DNA from: Desulfobacteraceae bacterium
GTDB taxonomy: Bacteria; Desulfobacterota; Desulfobacteria; Desulfobacterales; JAIFKL01
DNA: 42,927 bases
Direction: 5' to 3'
NCBI GenBank assembly: GCA_020049595.1
Contig: JAIFKL010000125.1
Location: forward strand, 1 to 42,927
The notes under the pieces were generated by a model. That model ran no database searches, had not been told where the DNA came from, and saw only the letters and a program-made list of their open reading frames with translations. The translations under genes and the position numbers were made by a program. Positions within the stretch are counted from its first letter, which is position 1. Each line of letters begins with the position of its first letter. This document shows positions 39,631 to 42,927 of this stretch, piece after piece.

Positions 39631-40723
39631 GGCGGAAAAAGTGATTCGGAAACTGAGTTTTTCAAAAAAGCTCAGTTTCTTCAGACCGCAGTGTGCAACA
39701 ATCGTAATTTTTTCACTTCTGATAAGTTTTATTTTTCTGCATCCGGCTTACGGGGCAGAGGTTGAATTGCTTTTAAAAGAATATTCAAAAAGTATTGTCC
39801 TTGTCAAAACAGAAAAGGGAAGCGGCACCGGATTTTTTATCAACTCCTGCGGCAGTATTGCGACATGCTTTCATGTGATTCAGGGGGCGAAAACAATTCA
39901 GGTAAAATGGGACAATGCCTTGTGGGATGCACAAGTCATTTATAAAGAAGAAAAATACGATCAGGCAATTGTTCAAATATGCCGGACAGATACGCCCTAT
40001 CTGAAGATTCAGAAACATATTGTGGAGCGGATTCCCGATCAACTGGCGAAAACTTCAGATGCGGTTTCAATTCTCGGTTATCCCTTCGGACAGGAAGTTT
40101 TGACCGTAACACGCGGGAAAATAACGGAGATATATTACCGCTATGAGGAAATGGGCGGTATGGAGCTGTCCGGTATGCTGGAAAATGTGATTTATCAGAC
40201 AGATGTGCCGGTTCAGCCGGGAAATTCCGGCAGTCCGGTTTTTGACGAAAAGGGAACGGTCATCGGCATGGCAACCGCAAAAAAAGACGCGGCAGAAGGC
40301 GCATCGGAAATGAGTTTTATCCATTCCTCAGATCACTTGCTGGACAAAAAACGTCTGCTGTTTCAGTCTGCTGACCTTGAGGAAAAAGCGGTTGTACTGC
40401 ACAGAGAAACAGAAAAATGTATGCATCACGGCAATCCTTATTACTTCAGATACGCAGATTGCTGCAAAGACAATACGGGTCCATTTTATTATGAATGTCC
40501 AAATGTTTCCTGCGGAATCGTGAAGTACAGAGACATTTTTGCCGGCAGTTTTCTGGGGATTCCGCTGTATGTCTCATGCAAGCCCACGGTTACGCCCCGC
40601 AATTTTGAAGACAAATTTTTTGATAAGACGACATATTCCGAGTCATTTTATCTGTTTTTGTGTCAGACCGCAGAAAATGCCGAGTTGAAAGATTTGCTTG
40701 CAAATCGGAGGAAGGCAAAATAG
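39614..40723 (+). CDS. Membrane-anchored/secreted trypsin-like serine protease (S1 family) with a Cys-rich C-terminal domain
   Basis: GSGTGFFIN...CFHV (His), a candidate Asp near YDQAIV, and GNSGSPVFDEKG (Ser). N-terminal hydrophobic anchor. Overlaps the MBL gene by 17 nt. Confidence 0.75.
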   Translation: MFIPNKAEKVIRKLSFSKKLSFFRPQCATIVIFSLLISFIFLHPAYGAEVELLLKEYSKSIVLVKTEKGSGTGFFINSCGSIATCFHVIQGAKTIQVKWDNALWDAQVIYKEEKYDQAIVQICRTDTPYLKIQKHIVERIPDQLAKTSDAVSILGYPFGQEVLTVTRGKITEIYYRYEEMGGMELSGMLENVIYQTDVPVQPGNSGSPVFDEKGTVIGMATAKKDAAEGASEMSFIHSSDHLLDKKRLLFQSADLEEKAVVLHRETEKCMHHGNPYYFRYADCCKDNTGPFYYECPNVSCGIVKYRDIFAGSFLGIPLYVSCKPTVTPRNFEDKFFDKTTYSESFYLFLCQTAENAELKDLLANRRKAK

Positions 40724-40744
40724 GCATGGGGGATGTCTCACTCT

Positions 40745-40850
40745 CCCTTTGAAGGGGGGGCAGGGGGGATGTTTCCGCTCAGGGAGGATATTTTGCCACG
40801 GACACTTAACCTGCCTTACAGAAACACCCCCCTGCCCCCCTCGAGGGGGG
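40745..40850. repeat. G-rich/C-rich inverted repeat
   Basis: GGGGGGCAGGGGGG (about 40755) against CCCCCCTGCCCCCC (about 40827), plus a CCCCCCTCGAGGGGGG palindrome. Confidence 0.75.
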
Positions 40851-40893
40851 ATTTTTTCGGTGATAAAATTAAAATTTAAAGGAGGTCAGAAAG

Positions 40894-41253
40894 ATGCAGT
40901 GTGAGAGATGTCAAACCCATATCGCCGCAGGAGAAGAAAAAGAACTTCACGGGCGTACCTTATGCGAGGATTGCTACATGGATGTGCTTTCTCCTGCCCG
41001 CGCCTGTGACCCCTGGGCGGTTCACAGCGCCAAGTCTTTTGAAAAAAGCGGAGGCGCGGTGTCTGAAGTAAATGAGACACAGGCAAAAATTCTCCGAATT
41101 TTGAAAGAAACCGGCGGGATATCGCCGGGTGAACTGGCAGAAAAACTTCAAATCAGACTGTCAGACCTTGAAAGAGAATTTGCCTCGCTTCGGCATACAG
41201 AGAAAATAAGAGCCGAACTTCGGGACGGAAAGAAAATTCTCCTGTTGTGGTAA
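40894..41253 (+). CDS. Zinc-ribbon plus winged-helix small protein (hypothetical regulator)
   Basis: CERC...CEDC N-terminus. C-terminal QAKILRILKETGGISPGELAEKL is wHTH-like. AAAGGAGG RBS. Confidence 0.6.
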   Translation: MQCERCQTHIAAGEEKELHGRTLCEDCYMDVLSPARACDPWAVHSAKSFEKSGGAVSEVNETQAKILRILKETGGISPGELAEKLQIRLSDLEREFASLRHTEKIRAELRDGKKILLLW

Positions 41254-41500
41254 CAGCATGAAAACCTTGACACCCGGAAAGACATGCCCCGCCTCTGTTT
41301 CCCTTCAATGCCTTCTCATTGAATTATTTGTATTTTATTATTCTTATCTCAGATTCAGACTTATGACTCAGGATTTAAAGTTTTACTTTGCCAGCTTGAC
41401 TTTCCGGTGTTATTGCAGAATGCCGGGGCTGAAAACAGAATCTGTTTCAGCCGGGCCGTTTTACTGACTGAACGGAGTGAAGAATCTCTTTCAGGGATTA

Positions 41501-41740
41501 TACCAATTCGCTATCAAAGATCGGTCTTTTCAGACCGTAAATCGCCCCGGCTTAAAACACCCGGCTGAAAATAGATAAACCGCTTAAACCGCTTGAAAAG
41601 CGGTTTTACGGAGATCGCTCAAACCGTAAAGCGATTTTTCAAATCGCTTAAACCGCTTAAAAAGCGGTTTTACGGAAAACACCGTTTTTGAAAGCGGTTT
41701 TACGGAGAACACCGTTTTTGAAAGCGAATCGGGATTACCC
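41501..41740. repeat. Composite word element related (partly in reverse complement) to 11371-11790
   Basis: Starts with TACCAATTCGCTATCAAA. Contains CGTAAAGCGATTTTTCAAATCGCTTAAACCGCTTAAAAAGCGGTTTTACGG, which is the near-exact reverse complement of about 11570-11620. Ends with TTTGAAAGCGAATCGGGATTA. Confidence 0.85.
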
Positions 41741-41834
41741 TTCGCTACATTCAGAGTGACATTTCAGGGAAAGTTGACAACATACTGCTATAATGCTAAA
41801 GATTAAAAAAAAAATTAAAAACAAAGGTGAAACC

Positions 41835-42927
41835 ATGAAAAAAAACAGTCTTGCCAAGACACTCATTGTGTGGGTATGTGTTTTCGGCTTTTCATCTGCC
41901 TTATCTGCTCAGGATATATCTTTAAAAGAAGCAGATGAAAATATTGATGAAGAACTCAGATGGCTTAAAGCGGAGTCAATTGTCATAACCGAAATCGCTA
42001 CCAAAACCGGAATGGATGCGGAACTTGTTCCGGGCATGGTCACGGTTTTGCAGGGCAGGGAACTTGAAGAAAAAGGCATCCGCACGGTTTATGAAGCGAT
42101 TTCTCTTGTTCCGGGAATTAACACACATATCAATACAATGGGCGACAAGCAGGCTTCTGTCAGAGGATTGGGAGGCGGTTTTTTTTCAGGCAATCTGAAA
42201 CTGATGACAGACGGGATTGTTATGAATGACGCCCTGAACGCCTCGGGTTATGCAATATATAACATTCCTGTCAGACAGATTGACAGAATAGAAATCATAC
42301 GGGGTCCCGGTTCTGTTGTCTATGGCGAATATGCTTATGCAGGCGTGATAAATGTCATAACCCGCAAAAATCAAAACCATGTTTACGGTTATTATGACAG
42401 CAATGAGGGTTACGGCGGAGGCGGAAATTTATGCTGCAAATTTCCTGAAAAAGATTTCAGTATAAATCTCGGTCTTTCAGGATTTAAAAGCGACGGTCCC
42501 GATGTTGAAGCAGGCAAAGACAGGCTTTATGAAGGATTTTTCGGTCTGAAACTCGGCGATTACTCCAATGCGCCGGGGACTGTCAATGAGGCTCAGAAAG
42601 ACAGATTTGCAAATCTGATTCTTAAATATAAGGATTTTTCGCTGACAGGGCAGTATATTTCCGGCGGCAACGGGGATTATTTCGGTATTATCAATGTTCT
42701 TCCGTCTGATAACAAGCGGGTTGTCATATTATACGAACATAAGGCAGTTGAAGCCGCACAAAGCATCAGTTTCTCGGATTTCTTTAAAACAGACGTAAAA
42801 GCAGGATGTCGGCTGTATAAGTATGAATTTGACAGGATGGAAGCACTTCCGCCTATAACGGGTTTACCTTTGCCTGACGGTTCAACTATGGATATTACTC
42901 CGGCTGACGGCTCTCTTCTTTCTCCCT
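41835..42927 (+). CDS. TonB-dependent receptor, 5' partial (runs off the window)
   Basis: Hand-translated open frame from ATG 41835 to the window end. Signal peptide ends SALSAQD. Plug-domain motifs VTVLQGRELEEKGIRTVYEAISLVPGI and IEIIRGPGSVVYG. Confidence 0.85.
   Translation, partial: MKKNSLAKTLIVWVCVFGFSSALSAQDISLKEADENIDEELRWLKAESIVITEIATKTGMDAELVPGMVTVLQGRELEEKGIRTVYEAISLVPGINTHINTMGDKQASVRGLGGGFFSGNLKLMTDGIVMNDALNASGYAIYNIPVRQIDRIEIIRGPGSVVYGEYAYAGVINVITRKNQNHVYGYYDSNEGYGGGGNLCCKFPEKDFSINLGLSGFKSDGPDVEAGKDRLYEGFFGLKLGDYSNAPGTVNEAQKDRFANLILKYKDFSLTGQYISGGNGDYFGIINVLPSDNKRVVILYEHKAVEAAQSISFSDFFKTDVKAGCRLYKYEFDRMEALPPITGLPLPDGSTMDITPADGSLLSP

Noticed and set aside
186-41740. Whether any of the repeat clusters is a CRISPR array.
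   Set aside because: No array shows a constant 25-40-nt direct repeat alternating with unique spacers of similar length. The repeats are palindromic words, inverted pairs, heptamers or 2-copy duplications, and no cas genes are present.
1-42927. tRNA, rRNA, tmRNA, riboswitch and sigma-54 promoter signatures.
   Set aside because: I found no T-loop/acceptor-type pattern, no rRNA-like stretch, and no convincing TGGCAC-N5-TTGC. A TGGCAT at about 37416 lacks the -12 element. Without covariance-model tools I cannot exclude small RNAs, especially inside the structured repeats.

Overview
This 42.9-kb chromosomal segment has a gene set that looks like a Desulfobacterota (deltaproteobacterial) genome; that assignment is inference from gene content and was not searched. 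I can support 37 protein-coding genes. I recognised no rRNA, tRNA, CRISPR array, transposase or integrase. Gene content, left to right: (1) an orphan NodT-type outer-membrane factor, secreted EF-hand proteins and a BaeSR-like two-component pair; (2) a divergent PrkA/YeaG-like AAA+ protein; (3) a Sia-type partner-switch cluster on the minus strand (7TMR-DISM PP2C phosphatase, two SiaC/DUF1987 paralogues, one SiaB-like kinase, no diguanylate cyclase); (4) a housekeeping block of rlmB, gmk, remA, yicC and trm112; (5) a strongly AT-rich islet with a D12 adenine methyltransferase, a PLD-family nuclease and a 72-aa ORF; (6) a 1234-aa hybrid histidine kinase followed by cheR, a receiver-less cheB and a second SiaA-type PP2C fused to a receiver; (7) ilvE, MlaD/PqiC-like lipid-transport genes, a PlsC-esterase fusion, an MttB-like methyltransferase with a duplicated 5' end, a TPR lipoprotein, an overlapping MBL-hydrolase/trypsin-like protease pair, and a partial TonB-dependent receptor. 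The most unusual signal is non-coding. Almost every intergenic spacer is built from a small vocabulary of short palindromic words nested inside each other. Polar heptamer arrays (TGAGAAT/TGAGAAG)n, usually as inverted pairs, sit exactly on gene boundaries. They supply stop codons and have been absorbed into coding sequence in a few places. One word-type element appears inserted in-frame inside the hybrid kinase.
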